Of a stretch of DNA of 64,000 nt, positions 30,994 through 44,285 are shown in pieces. The stretch is from the human T2T-CHM13v2.0 reference genome, Homo sapiens: the NCBI RefSeq assembly GCF_009914755.1, contig NC_060930.1; one strand, given 5' to 3'. The position numbers and the translations under genes were made by a program. The notes beneath the pieces were generated by a model, which saw only the letters and a list, made by a program, of their open reading frames with translations, had not been told where the DNA came from and ran no database searches. The stretch's first letter is position 1, and each line of letters begins with the position of its first letter.

Positions 30994-33019
30994 TCTGAAC
31001 TGGGCCTCTGTGTTTTAGATGGATCTAGGCATCAAGCTCATGCTTCCCCCAGACTCCCAGACCTGCTCCTCCACAGAAGATGGCCTGTCTTATTCCTGGC
31101 CAACCAGTGGACTTTTCCTTCTTTAACCCTTCTATCCTGGACTAACTGAAAAATATATATGGGTTCATTTACAGACCTTAAAAATCACAGAGTAAAACTA
31201 TGATTTTCTTCAGCCCTCACAACAATAGCAATGTTGGGACCACCAGCCTTAACTTGGAAGTATTTCTCCTCTCTCATTCACCATGTATATTACCTCTTTA
31301 GCAAGTCAAAGCAGAAACAACAAAAGCCAAACGTCTACTGTGACTTGAATGGCCTGAAAACAAGATTTCTTGTTCCGAAGGGCAAAAGAAAGCCCAGCTG
31401 TGGATCTTTACATCAGTAGTATGGCAATAGGAGAACTCCAGCAAGCCCCTTGTCATTATTTTTAAGGTTTTAAGGGAATTAAACTGAATGTCAATTTCAA
31501 GCACACTCTTACAGCAGAAGTAAGATAAGCCCCAAGTTCTGACTGGTTTTGTAGAATTTCTTTTTCAGGCAGGGTAGAGGTCCCATAACGGCTCTCAGCC
31601 CATTTGGGACGGGGCACGGTGGAAGAAAGCCTTGGGTTGAGGCCATGAGAAGACTCTTTCCTTCTCAAATGAAGCCACATTGACCAGACTTCTGCAGACC
31701 TTTCTGGGTTTCCTGTCCTCACACTCACAAATCTTGGAAACAGTTGGAGTCTAATGAGTAACTCACTATGGGAATCTCCCCCAAGAGAGGGGGCATCCTG
31801 TGATCTCTAGGGAGGGGGTTGGGGTCCTGCCTTAGGGTCAACCAGAGAGCATCTCCTTCCTCCTGCTAACCTGGCATGTTTTTTCTACCACTGACAGGGC
31901 TCAGGGAAGTCCAAATTTACTTTCACCACAGCCTAAATTATAGCATTCAGGGTACTTTCTGCTCTTTTAGTTATTTTGTATGTCCTCTTCTCTTGTCCCA
32001 CTCTAAGAGGAATGTTTTTTTCTCTCTTGCTCACCATCATTCTTTATTCCACATATGGTGACATGAAAATCTGCTTAGGAGATTTGATTTTATCTCGTGA
32101 TTCAGTGTCACAGCATTGAACAGTCATTTCTATTTGAAGAGAACCGTAAAAAATGAATACATCTTTTAAAAGTGAACCTTGATATTATCCAAAAGAAAAA
32201 TGTGTTTCTATTCTGAAAAAAATAAATTATTTATGTGTTGCTTATTTGGTTTGGGGAGTTTTATTTGGGTGTTTGGAGCTTGTTGTAAGTTTTCGTGCAG
32301 GGGTTTTTTCATGACTATTAATGTTGAATGAATCGGCTGGTAGTTGGTAGGAAAGTGCAGTATAGGGTTCACTCATGGAAGTGGCTATTTGATGGGTCAC
32401 AAAGCTAATTAAAAACAAATTTAAAATAAAAACAAGAAGAAATACTGGCAATAGCATTCAGGATGTACGTGGCAAACTTTGGTTTGTTACAGTATTACTC
32501 AAAATGACTCTTTCATGTGGGAAAATATTTTTAGTTCAAATAAAACCAGAAAAGTATAATTGATGTAGTATAAAAGTATAATTTGATCAAACAAAACAGA
32601 CAAATTAGCGCATGCTTAAATCCTAGGGTCTAAAACAACTTAGGCTACAGAGCCTAAAAGAAATTTGATAAGCTTTTCCTTTCATTTAGGTTTCTTGTGG
32701 GTTTTCATAGAACGTGTATATGTAGGTGAAACTCAGCCATCACTTGATTATGACCCAGAGATTAGAAATGTAATCAGGAGACTGTGGCAAAAAGAATGTC
32801 AAAAGAAAAAAAAAGCAAAGCAGATCCCTTAAAATTGTTTTCAAGTAGATCTGTCCAGCTGTAAAAGAGCTAAGAAACCTCTGAGGCTCATTTCAAACAC
32901 AGATGAAATGAGTATGCATGAAACATTTGAATCAGAGGTCTTCTTCAACAAGGGTTTTTATAGAATCTGAATAGTTTTAGGAAAAAAAAAACTGATCATT
33001 CACATTGCTTTAGCCTACC

Positions 33020-33838
33020 TTTTATTTATTCTTTCACTGCATCAAATAGTTAAGAATCTTCTGTGTGGCAAACATGTGTGTTATCAGAGCAAGATGAGTT
33101 TCCTAGCCTCTAGGAGCCTACCATAAACAATTACCCAAATAATCATCTTAACAAAGTTATGATCAATACTTAAGGGAAACTCTAGTGTGCTTTAAGAGTG
33201 TACCAAAGTAATCCTTAACTTAATCACAGGGTATGGATTCAGAAAAGCCACCTACAGCCTTGAGATTACAACTGAGATCAGAAGAATGAGAAAGAGTTAA
33301 CTACTAGGTGAACAAAACTGGGAAGATTCCCCAGTAGAAGACACAGATTGGGTGGGAACCAAGGTGTCCTGAAGCCCAGCACATTCAAAGAAACCAAAAA
33401 GAGAGAGTGTGTGACTACATGGACGGTGAGCCAGAGATGAGTCTGAGAGGTGGGCAGGGGCCAGGTCACATAGGCAGGGGTGATGTTCTAAACATTTAGC
33501 AATTTAGAAAGGCACAGACTTGGCCATTCCGAAGGGAGGCTGGCTATCAAGAACCTGCATAGTGGAACCAGAACAAGGAGATGACCATCAGCCCAGCATG
33601 AGAGGCCTTGGAGGACACATTTTGAGTTCTGGACTTGATATTCATAGCAAGAAAAAGACATTGAAGAGTTTCAGCAAGGGAGTATCAGGATCAAATATGA
33701 GTCATAAATATTTTCTAGAGAGACTGATCTGCAGATTAGTTAGTTTAGTTTACCAGTGAGTACCCACCACACCAGCTGCAAAGTGCTGTTGAGGTGGGTA
33801 CTAAAATAAAGAGAAGAGACTGCAGCCCCTGCCCTCAG
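33020..33838 (-). mobile_element. L2 fragments
   Basis: 'gagatgagtctgagaggtgggcaggggccaggtcacatagg', 'gacattgaagagtttcagcaaggga', 'cagcccctgccctcagg'. Confidence 0.6.
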
Positions 33839-33963
33839 GAAAACAGAGCAATGTGAAAATTTATTTCCCTTTAAATGCTATTGGCAAAAATTCTTATTTT
33901 GAGTTTGAATGCAAAGTGCCTTGCTATGTGGAGAGTGACTAGCAAATGCCACCATGCACCATC
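33839..33963 (+). repeat. 125-bp dispersed direct repeat, copy 2
   Basis: Ungapped match to 30869-30993; abuts an L2 fragment. Confidence 0.95.
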
Positions 33964-34555
33964 ATGGTATCCTAGTAGCTCTGTGTTACAAAGGGAAACA
34001 ATAACTCTTTAAAAAAATTATTGAAGGACCTTTATTTTTCCCTCGGAGAGCTTAACATTCCTAGCTAAATTACTTCCCCCCATGTCTGCTTAAAGCACTT
34101 CCTCAAAATACAGAAAGCCACAGAGCCCCTGTGAGGGTTTTGTATCCCAGTAAGCTGTCACTGGCACAAACTTTTCCCTCCAGGTGTCAGCAAGAAATTT
34201 CCTTAACCTAAAGGCCACCCCCTTTCTGCAGGTCTGGTTTTGCCAGACAGAGGGCAAGAAGTGCCAGGACAGACTTCCCTATGAGTGCCATCCTGTCTGT
34301 TGACCAAGTTTAGGAGTTGTCTTCCCAAAATATCCCTATAAGTCACAGTGGTTTCATCTTCTCACAAGCCACATGAGACTTGTTCTTCTTTTCTTGAATA
34401 AAAGTTTTATCAAAGTTATGCAAATTAGTATAGACCCACTGTTAGGGGCTGGGAGGAGAAGCAGTCAATGTAACATGAAATAAAATAGACTAAGATCAAA
34501 AACAAACTATTCTGTTTAGCTGACTCATTTCAAAATGAAATCAGTAATTTTGTAA

Positions 34556-34846
34556 CAAGGGGTGGGGGATCAGCAGATGTTTTCAAAGGATACGAAATTT
34601 CAGTTAGATAAGAGATGTAAGTTCAAGAGATCTATTGTAGAACAAGGTGTTTATATAGTTAATAACAGTGTATTTCTGTAAATTGCTAGGAGAGTAGATT
34701 TTAAGTGTTCTCACCACAAAAAAAGAGACATGAGATAATGCATATTGCTAATTAGCTCAATTTAGCCATTCTACAATGTATACCTATTTCCTAACAGCAT
34801 GTTGTACATAATAAACAGTTTTTATTTGTAAATTTAAATAAATAAA
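34556..34846 (+). mobile_element. L1MA-type 3' end
   Basis: 'caaaggatacgaaatttcagttagataag...gagagtagattttaagtgttctcaccac...aattagctcaatttagccattc'. Confidence 0.8.
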
Positions 34847-34899
34847 TATCTTTTGAAAAGGTAATTTAGTAACAAACTAAATGCATCTTTAAATAAATG

Positions 34900-35400
34900 G
34901 AAAACCCCATTGTAACACATTCGGGAATTGTAGAAATATGGAGAGCATGCACAAAGAGACAGTTCTTCTTTTCTTCTAATCTCACTCTCCAGGGACACTA
35001 ATTTAATATGTATACATCAGTATTTTTCTATGTTTATCAATATATAAACATATATAGTTTTTTTCTCTTATCAAAATAGAACTATTCCAAGATACTGTTT
35101 CACATATTGTTCTTATCACTTAATAACGTGTCTTGAACACCTTTCCAAGGTAACTGTCTATTAGTTCATAGACTGGATTCACAGTTCATACTATGTCCCC
35201 TTATTAATATTGAGATTGTTTCCTTTTTTTGCCTTTCAACCAATATTGGAAGGGCATCTTTGTAATTATATCTTTATCTATTTGCAAAATGAAATTCCTA
35301 GAAGCCAAACTGTAGCATCATAGAGGATTCACATTTTTATATTTTTAAAAAATTTCAAATTGCCCTCTAAAAATAGTTATACTAATTTACTTTCCTAAGG
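34900..35400 (-). mobile_element. Degenerate L1ME fragment
   Basis: 'aaattcctagaag...caaattgccctctaaaaatagttatactaatttac'. Confidence 0.5.
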
Positions 35401-35673
35401 AAATTACTTTAAATTGGGCAGGGGTAAGAAATGACTCTACATTTTAATGTTACTGACATTTACCTGCACCATGCTAAGACCTTCACATACATTTAGCCTA
35501 TGGGTTACAAAGCAGAAATTTTGTGGTCATTTTACTGCTGAGACTCTGGGAGTAGACGCTTGGGTGATTTGCACAAAGCCACCCTGGCAACTGGCACAGG
35601 AGGGAAGAGTAGGGCTGTCTGAGTTCAAATCCTGGTTCTATTTTACAGCTAATTGGCATGGGCTTTACTTCTC

Positions 35674-36124
35674 TGTGATGGTTAATTTTATGTATTAATG
35701 TGACTATGTCATGGCACCCAGATATTTGGTCAAGGTATTTCTTTGAAGGTATTTTTTAGATGTGATTAACACTTACATCAGTAGATTTTGAAGAAAGCAG
35801 ATTATCCTCCATAATGTGGGTGGGCCCCATCTAATCAGCTGAAGACTTTAAGAGGAAAAAGACTGCAGTCCCCTGAGGAAGAAGGAATTCTGCTTCCATA
35901 CTGCCTCTAGACTCAGGCTGCAATGTACATGCCTCCCTGGGTCTCCAGCTGGCCTTTTCTGCAGATTTCAGACCTGCCAACCCCCATAATTGCATAAGCC
36001 AGTTCTTTAAAATTTCTCTCTCAAGAGGAGACGGCCGGTGGGCGGGGGGCAGGGGGAGTGAGAGGGTGAGAGAGAGAGAACCTATTGGTTATGTTTCTCT
36101 GAAGAACCCTAACTAACTAATACA
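35674..36124 (+). mobile_element. MLT2 (MLT2B-like, ERVL) solo LTR inserted in a MIR
   Basis: tgtgatggttaattttatg...ctaataca with TG..CA ends and perfect 5-bp TSD ttctc (35669-35673, 36125-36129); MIR continues on both sides. Confidence 0.9.
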
Positions 36125-36339
36125 TTCTCTAAGCCTCATTTTCCTCACCTGTAAAATTGTGACAACACTACTTCCTTTGTGAAATTACAGACTAAACTAA
36201 ATAATCCATGTAAAGTGCCTAGTGCCAGGCAAATTGTCTGTAGTTCACACATTTTTCACTATTATTTTTTGGAAAATGAGCTTGAACTCACTGCTCTGTT
36301 CACCACCACCCTCATCCCTTTCCCTTACAACACATTTTA

Positions 36340-36354
36340 TCTCTCTCTCTCTCC

Positions 36355-36400
<46 letters not shown>

Positions 36401-36408
36401 AACACACG
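36340..36408. repeat. Compound (CT)n(CA)n microsatellite
   Basis: Visible in sequence. Confidence 0.9.
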
Positions 36409-38162
36409 CGAACCTTAGGAGAACACAGAACCTAGGCCCTTCAGTTTATAGACAAGAAGTATAAGCCCAAACTCTAAAGAGATTTACTCAAGAGCATCTT
36501 CAGCAATGTTGAAACCAGAATGAGATCTTCTCCATCTCCTGGAGGCTGGTTTCCCACTACAATCCTGCCTCCTTCCTGTGAGTCGGGTATTTCTTATCTC
36601 ATTCATTTGTTTACCTCACAACCCACTCTGCCTCATGCATGAGCGATGCCATGAGACTGGGGTCTGATTCTGCGATGTGTCACCTTGAATGAGGGCCCAC
36701 TGTCTCTGTTCCCTTTCCCCTAGATTTCACTTCAGTAAGTCATGCTGGTGGGGGCAGAGGAGGAGGAACATCAGAAAAGGAAACACTTATCCATGACATG
36801 CTTGGCTAAGTTATTACCTAACACCAGAGCACGTCACTGCCCTGCCTTGGCCTGGAAGAAGGTAAACCCTCACTACCCGTGTTTTGTGATGACAACAGGC
36901 ACGATGAAGCTAGAGCTAGTGTTGTTGCCAGGGTTGCTTGTTCTCCTGAATACAGAAGGTCCTGTGTAACCAGCAACACATTCCCAGCCATGTTCACTCC
37001 AGCCTCAGTTTGGTGCTTTCAAAAATACTGTTAATGATGTCTTGCTGTTTTCAGTGCTTCAAACAGGTAGGCTTCCCAGAATATGCCCAAATATGCAGAA
37101 GAAATCTGAAAAGCCACCCATGGCTGAGTTGTCAACCAGAGTGACATTCAAGAAATGGCTCAAATTAAAATATATTCATAAATATTTGGTGGAGGTATCA
37201 TGGCTAATTGAAATGGCATTTTGGTATTTTAAAATTCATTCCAAATATGGAGGTGAACACCCTCCTTGTCTGGGCAGACAGGGTATAGAAATTGAGAATG
37301 ATACGCTCCCTCATATTTGTAGCAGACCCGCCACAAACATCTCTCCATGCAATGCTGAGAAACTCAACTTTGAGAATAAAATGATGAAAAATATTAGAGC
37401 CGTATTTATTGCCTGTCAACACCAACAGTGCTCAAGAGAAATTTACTGAGTTCTAGTAAAATGAGCTAAATTTGTGAATAAATGATTTGAATTGGGAATA
37501 GGCTTTGAAATGCCTAAAACTTTCCTAAATGAATACATTTCTGCAAATATTGAAATTCCTAGAAAAATTCAATAAAATTCTCTTTTGATGAGGATCATCT
37601 TTGTGACTGTACGTAAGTTGGCTCAAAGCCCATAACTAACCCACAGTGTGGTAGGATGAGTCTGGGCTGGGTTGGAGTCCTGACATCTAGGTTTTTTGTT
37701 TGTCACTTCTTCTCATTGGCTATACTGTTTGCACAATCTCAAAACCTGCATGTGGATAATTCCTCACTTGTAAGCTTAACCAGATGAGCTATTTCCCAAG
37801 CTAGAAATACAAAGAGAGTGATATTTATTTTTTGTTATTTAATTTTAAATTTAACCTGCTCTGTTAACCAGCCAGGTAACTCCCTCTTGAGCAATATTCA
37901 AGGAAAATTATCAGGAAGTCCAGGAACATATGCAGCCCCAAATCATGCAGAGAACTGGAGCTGGCCAGGCCACCACTAATGTTGCCACTCAGGGTCCCAC
38001 AGAGGCACCGTGCAAAACCGCTCCTGCACACTTCAACTGGTCATTCTTGCCCACTGAGTCAGGACTACCCAGCCCAGGGGAGGAACCTGCTCTGGTCTTC
38101 AAAGCTGAGCTCTTTGTTTTACTGTCACATGGTGTCTCCCAGTGACAGGGAGGCTGCAAGAG

Positions 38163-38582
38163 CACGAGTCCCTGGGGCTGCTATAACAAAGAGCTGCAAA
38201 CTGTGGGGCTTAAACAACAAACATTTATCATCTCATGGTTCTGGACTTTGGTTGGAAGTCCAAAATGAAGGCATCAGCAGGATTGATTCTTTCTGCAGGC
38301 TGTGAGGAAAGATCCAGCCCATGCTTCCCTTCTGATTTCTGGAGGCTTCCGGTGTTCCTTGGCTTTAGGTGGCCTTTTCCCTGTGTCTTCACATCATATT
38401 CCCTATGCGTCTGTCTCCAAATTTCCCCTTCTTACAAGGACACAGGTCATACTGGATTACAACCCACCCTAATAACCTCATTTTAATTGGATCACCTCTG
38501 TAAAGATAATATTTCCAATAAGGTCATGTTCACAGGTACCATGCGTTAGGACTTACACATCTTTGGGGGGACACCAAAACAC
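38163..38582 (-). mobile_element. MLT1A-C-type solo LTR
   Basis: 'ggctgctataacaaag...ggcttaaacaacaaacatttatc...gaagtccaaaatgaagg...ttacaaggacac...cctcattttaa'. Confidence 0.8.
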
Positions 38583-38594
38583 TGTTGATGTTTA

Positions 38595-38891
38595 ACCATG
38601 TCACTGCAGTTTTCAGATGCAAAATGATGAGAGTGTCACATATGCCTTCTGTTGCAATTACTTAGCCTGCCCATTGTGGACAATCCATAAACAAATGGGT
38701 GTGGCGGTGTTCCAACAAAACTTTACTTATGAATATTGACACTTGAATTTTATATTATTTCACTTGTGATGAAATATTCTTTTGGTTTTTCTAAACCATG
38801 TAAAACTATCGAAACCATTCTTAGCTTGCACACTGTATAAAATGATCAAAGGGCTTGATTGGGTCCTAGAACTGCAGTTTGCCAATTCCTG
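38595..38891 (-). mobile_element. MER58B-like hAT MITE
   Basis: 'aatgggtgtggcggtgttccaacaaaactttac...aaccattcttagcttgc...agtttgccaattcctg'. Confidence 0.7.
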
Positions 38892-39204
38892 TAAGAAAGG
38901 ATTCTTTAACTGAGAAAAAAATTGATCCTCATCAGATTTCTCCCATTTAACTGAGATAATTTCTTTATATTAGTTTCCAGCAACCCCACCTCCCTGCAAT
39001 AATTTATAAATGTTCTCTTATTCATATGGTGCATGTACTTTACTCCTAAATCGAGTTTGTGCTCTGTAAATAACTTCTCACAAGAAGCTCAGGAAAGAGC
39101 TTGAATGTAGGAAGGCAAGACACCTTACTTCTTTATTCTACAGTATCTCCCGACATCCAAAGCAATGTTTGTTGTAGCAAACATTGTGTATGCAAATTGA
39201 ATCC

Positions 39205-40170
39205 TTTTTTAATTTTTGATTTTTGCAAGTACATGGTAGGTGTATGTATTTATGGGGTATATGGGATATTTTGATACAGGCATACAATGTGTAATAATCA
39301 CTTTGGGGTAAATGAGGTATCCATCACCTTAAGCATTTATCCTTTGTGTCACAAACAATCCAATTATACTCTTAGTTATTTTTAAATGTACAATTAAATT
39401 ATTACTGACTATAGTCACCCTATTGTGCTATCAATTACTAGATCTTATTCATTCTTTTAAACCATTTTTTTGTATCCACTAACCATCCCCGCTTCCCTGC
39501 CACCCCTCCCCACTATCCTCTGGTAACCATCCTTCTATTCTTTATCTCCATGATTTCAACAGTTTTAATTTTTAGCTCCTACAAATAAGTATATGCAAAG
39601 TTTGTCTTTCTGTGCTTGGATTATTTCACTTAACATAATGATTTCCAGCTCCATCCATGTTGTTGCAAATGACAGAATCTCATTCCTTTTTATGGTTGAG
39701 TAGTACTCCATTGTGTGTCTGCACCACACTTCCTTTATCCATTTGTCTGTTGATGGACACTTGAGTTGTTTCTAAATCTTGGCTATTAGCTGGGTGCGGT
39801 GGCTCACGCCTGTAATCCCAGCACTTTGGGAGGCCGAGGTGCGTGGATCACGAGGTCAACAGATCGCGACCATCCTGGCCAACATGGTGAAACCCTGTCT
39901 CTACTAAAAATACAAAAATTAGCTGGGCATGGTGGTGCGCGCCTGTACTCCCAGCTACTCAGGAGGCTGAGGCAGGAGAATTGCTTGAATCCGGGGAGGT
40001 GGAGGTTACAGTGAGCTGCATTTCAGGTTGGGCAACTGGTGTAACAGAGGTTACACCACTGCATTCTAGCCTGGGCAACAGAGCGAGACTCCATCTCAAA
40101 AATAAATAAATAAATAAATAAATAAATAAATCTTGACTATTGTGAACAGTGCTGCAATAAACATGGGAAC
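39205..40170 (-). mobile_element. L1MA-type 3' fragment (host of AluSc)
   Basis: 'tttatggggtatatgggatattttgatacaggcatac...ccatgttgttgcaaatgacagaatctcattc'; continues after the Alu. Confidence 0.85.
39788..40126 (+). mobile_element. AluSc-like with ~29-nt internal insertion
   Basis: 'ggatcacgaggtcaacagatcgcgaccatcctggcc'; (aata)n tail; TSD taaatcttggctatt (39773-39787) / taaatcttgactatt (40127-40141). Confidence 0.93.
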
Positions 40171-41685
40171 AAATCAAATATTTAAACACCCTCATATGGG
40201 GTCTTCTCAAACTGTACCCATCATTCTGGCCTAATTCCAGCCTGCCATCCTCCATGAAGCCTCCTCCAGCTATTCCAGCTCATCCTGACATTGGCTTCTC
40301 TTTTCCTGTTGAATTCATAATCCATGACATGTAACTGACCACTTAACCCTTGATGAATTCTCACATTAGTTTTGACTTTTCAGCTACAAAACCAAAACCA
40401 CTCCAAGAAAGGAACTGGTGACATCCTTTTATTGTTGTGTTTTCTCTCCTTTGAAAACTAGTTAACTCTTACATTACAGTAGGCACACTCCAAGGCTGTT
40501 TCCCGACGCACAGGCCAGGCTGCTCCCTGGAACTCCTTTAGGGGTTAGGCTGGGCCCATCCACCTACCTCTCTGACCCGAGCCTTTTGCCAAGGCCTAAG
40601 CACACTGAAGCAGCAGTGGCTGCCATCCATGTAGGCGCTGAAATTCTAGAGCTCAAAGAAGGGAACTGGTGCCTAACACTCTAGCCATGGCTGGACACCA
40701 GGAATCAGTACCTGCTTCAAAACTGACAAATTACAGAATAATTAATTACTAACAGATATTCTTAAGCACAAAGTTTTAGTGCACATTGACCATTTCCTAA
40801 CTTGAACCCTCTCTAAATAGATGAATTTCTCAAGTAAAGGTAAGCAAGGTCAGTGCTTCTGTTGCACTTTGGTCTCCTCTCTTGGCATTTTCTTTTCTTA
40901 CATGATATTGTAGTAAGTAGTATAAAAACTTGAAAATGAAAAGCCTGATTCTTGATGCATAATAGGAGCCCCACAACAATAACCAATATTTGGAAGTTTG
41001 TCAAAGGCAGGTATGAAGCACAAGATGAAACGTTTTCATTTCGGATGACTTATAGTAAGATACCAATAAAATACTCCGAGATGTGGTAAGAATAGGCGAT
41101 ATCACCACACCTTGGGCGGGTGAAGCCACTTGGCACAGGCACCCTACCTCACCACACCCCTGAGGCATGGCAGAACACAAGAGAACCACACCCATTGAGT
41201 GTGATGGCTGAGCACAAACCAAACACTTCCAAAGGCGAGGCAGAAAAATCAATACAGGCACCACAGGAGGTGATACCGGAAAATGATGTGATGCTGGCAG
41301 GATTTTCACTGCAAGGGAAGATAAGTAAAGAAATAAAAAAGACCCCTTCTCCTTTGCAGATGTAGGGCACGCCTGCCAGAGTTTTATTGTTTTATTGGTG
41401 GATGGGGATTCTTGTCTTCTCTGGTCAATTTCTATATGGGACACTTCCTAAGTTACTCGATCCTCTAAACACTATAAGAACTTGGAGACCGAGCTGAAAA
41501 CTTAATTAGCATTATGCAAACTGTGGGCTTCTGGTATTTCTAGTAAGCTTAGGAAGCTGCCAAACATTCCTGCCAAGTTTCCTTAAGCCTGGAAAGGCCT
41601 GCAAATGCTAATCCAAGAAAGCCAGGGAAAGCAACAAATACTAATTTTCTCATAGACTGAAAGGGAAATACTGTGAGACGGGGGC

Positions 41686-41741
41686 CGGGGGCTTCTTTTT
41701 GTGAAGGAACCATCGGGGGCTTCTTTTTGTGAAGGAACCAT
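41686..41741. repeat. Perfect 28-bp tandem duplication
   Basis: cgggggcttctttttgtgaaggaaccat x2. Confidence 0.95.
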
Positions 41742-42060
41742 GAGGGCCTAAGGATGTCAGCTCTAGAGAAAGCCCCAGGTGGGACCAGATGGAGTTTAGA
41801 ATAGTCTGCAAGCCACAAAGACATGGGATGGGGAAATCGCCCTTGTAGGCACAAGGCAGCTAATGCCAATATTCATCTGCACCAAGGCCCACCTCCTCTA
41901 GACAAGGGTAAAGGTCTGAAGAGTTCAGAGAAATTAACCCCAGTAGTCTATATTCCTCAGTAAAGCTGAAGGATGTAAGGTTTCCATACACAACTATAGT
42001 GAAAAAAATACATTAACTTCCTTTCACAAAGGCTTGATTTTATTTATAGTTTATATGTAG

Positions 42061-42364
<304 letters not shown>

Positions 42365-42664
42365 TATATGTAGCTCTTTAAACAGTACCTGGCCACCTTC
42401 TTCATTTGTTCTACTTCATTACTTAGGAAATTGGCTAGCTTTCAAGAAGAATTTATTTTCCCAAAAAGGATTTTCCAAAATCAGACATAATTGGTATTAA
42501 CATTTTTTAGTAAAGGAAAAACAAAGCCAATGTATTGAACATTCTATATGTGCTAGGTTCTATGTTAAGTGTTTCACATTCATTATCTCATTTTCTCTCG
42601 AAGAAAGATATTTTCTATTAATTTTGGGATTGATACAAGACAGAAAAGTTGTTAAACTTTAGAG

Positions 42665-43194
42665 CAGGGGTCCCCATTTCCCAGGCCATGGACCAGTACC
42701 ATTCTGTGGCCTGTTAGGAACTGAGCCACACGGCAGGAGGTGAGCAGTAGGCGAGGGAGCAGAGCTTCATCTGCATTTACAGCTGCTCCCCATCACTTGC
42801 ATTACTGCTTGATCTCTGCCCCCTGTCATATCAGCAGTGGCATTAGATTCTCATAGGAGTGCAAACCCTATTGTGAACTGCGCATGTGAGGGATCTAGGT
42901 TTTATGCTCTTTATGAGAATCTAATGCCTGATGATCTGTCACTGTCTCCCATCACCCCCAGATGGGACCATCTAGTTGCAGGAAAATGAGCTCAGGGCTC
43001 CCACTGATTCTACATTATGGTAAGTTGTATAATTATTTCATTACATATTACAATGTAACAATAATAGAAATAAAGTACACAATAAATATAATGCATTTCA
43101 ATCATCCCAAAACCATCCTCCCCCTCCCCCAGTCTATGGAAAAATTGTCTTCCACGAAACTAGTTCCTGGTGCCAAAAAGGTTGGGGACTGCTG
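42665..43194 (+). mobile_element. MER1A hAT-Charlie MITE
   Basis: caggggtcccc...ggttggggactgctg, 530 bp; TSD ctttagag / ctttagtg. Confidence 0.9.
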
Positions 43195-44074
43195 CTTTAG
43201 TGGACTGCAGAGTAAATGAATAATTGAGAGAAAGGTTCATCAGGAGGGAAGAAACTTCGGCTCCAGTCTGGCTGGATAGAGGAGCTGCTGCTGTCTTGGT
43301 TAAGTTGTAGGTCAATAATAGTGCTAGAGAGGGTCTCAATCCATTCTTCAAAGAACAATTATCCAGAGCCTCTGTACCCACCCCACTCCATGCAACACCC
43401 CGATAGGTCTCTTATTAGAAGCAAAATGGAGAAACAGTCATCTTTTTGCCTTTCTGAGGAGCCAATTCCTTAACTTTGATTTTCATCTAATGTACACTAT
43501 TAACTGGTTACCATTGCTTCTTCCAATCATCTATTTTCTCAGCCATATTTATTGAGTGACTACTGTGTGCCAGATATTGGGCTACACACTCTGCATCCAT
43601 GGCGCAATCTCTGCCTGCAAGAAGTCTGCCGTCGATTCCCTTCTCCCTTTTAGGGAGGCAGAGACACCAGCCAGAGCTGCAGGGTGGTGCCCAAAGAAAC
43701 AGTTGAGGTAGGATGTACTCGGTACTTCAGCCAGGGTAACTCTCTACTCCCATACATGAGCCAAAAGACCATGACCTTCAGGGAATCAAAGTTAGAAGGC
43801 AGGTAGAAGAGTCTTCAACACAGAAGAAAAATCCAGCTGGTGATTCAGAAATGGAAGGACAGAAATGAGTGCACCTGCTCACCGTGGGGGTGGAGGAGGG
43901 TAGAGAGGATTTACCGAGTCAAGGAAGTGTAGTGCACAGGCACTTTTATTGGGACACAGACTCCTCCATGAGCAGGGAGGGAGCTCTCAAGGATGTTGTT
44001 TGTGGCATGGAGGCAGCTCAGAGATTCAGAGGAGAGGTACACAAAAACTAACAGCCACACCGGAAAGGAGCATA

Positions 44075-44285
44075 GCCCGTAGTCAAATGACTATGGAGTC
44101 CAGAATCAGACCAGGGTTTTAATCCTGGTACCACTGCTTTCTCAAACTAGTAATGTCAGCTCTGTGAGCCTCAGTTTTCTCATCTGTATCATAGGAATGA
44201 TGTTTCTGTTGTGAGAATTAAATGACATGATGTATGTAAAGTCCCAGGCCTATTCTAGACATCCAATAAACAGTAGTTATACTCA
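44075..44285 (+). mobile_element. MIR
   Basis: 'ctctgtgagcctcagttttctcatctgt...gtgagaattaaatga'. Confidence 0.75.

Noticed and set aside
30869-33963. The 125-bp direct repeats as LTRs of a 3-kb retroelement
   Set aside because: No TG..CA ends, PBS/PPT, TSD or internal coding remnants; the interior is mostly unique DNA plus L2.
41001-41444. 147-aa minus-strand ORF in unique DNA
   Set aside because: Non-ATG start, no recognisable domain, overlapping ORFs of similar quality in other frames; consistent with chance.
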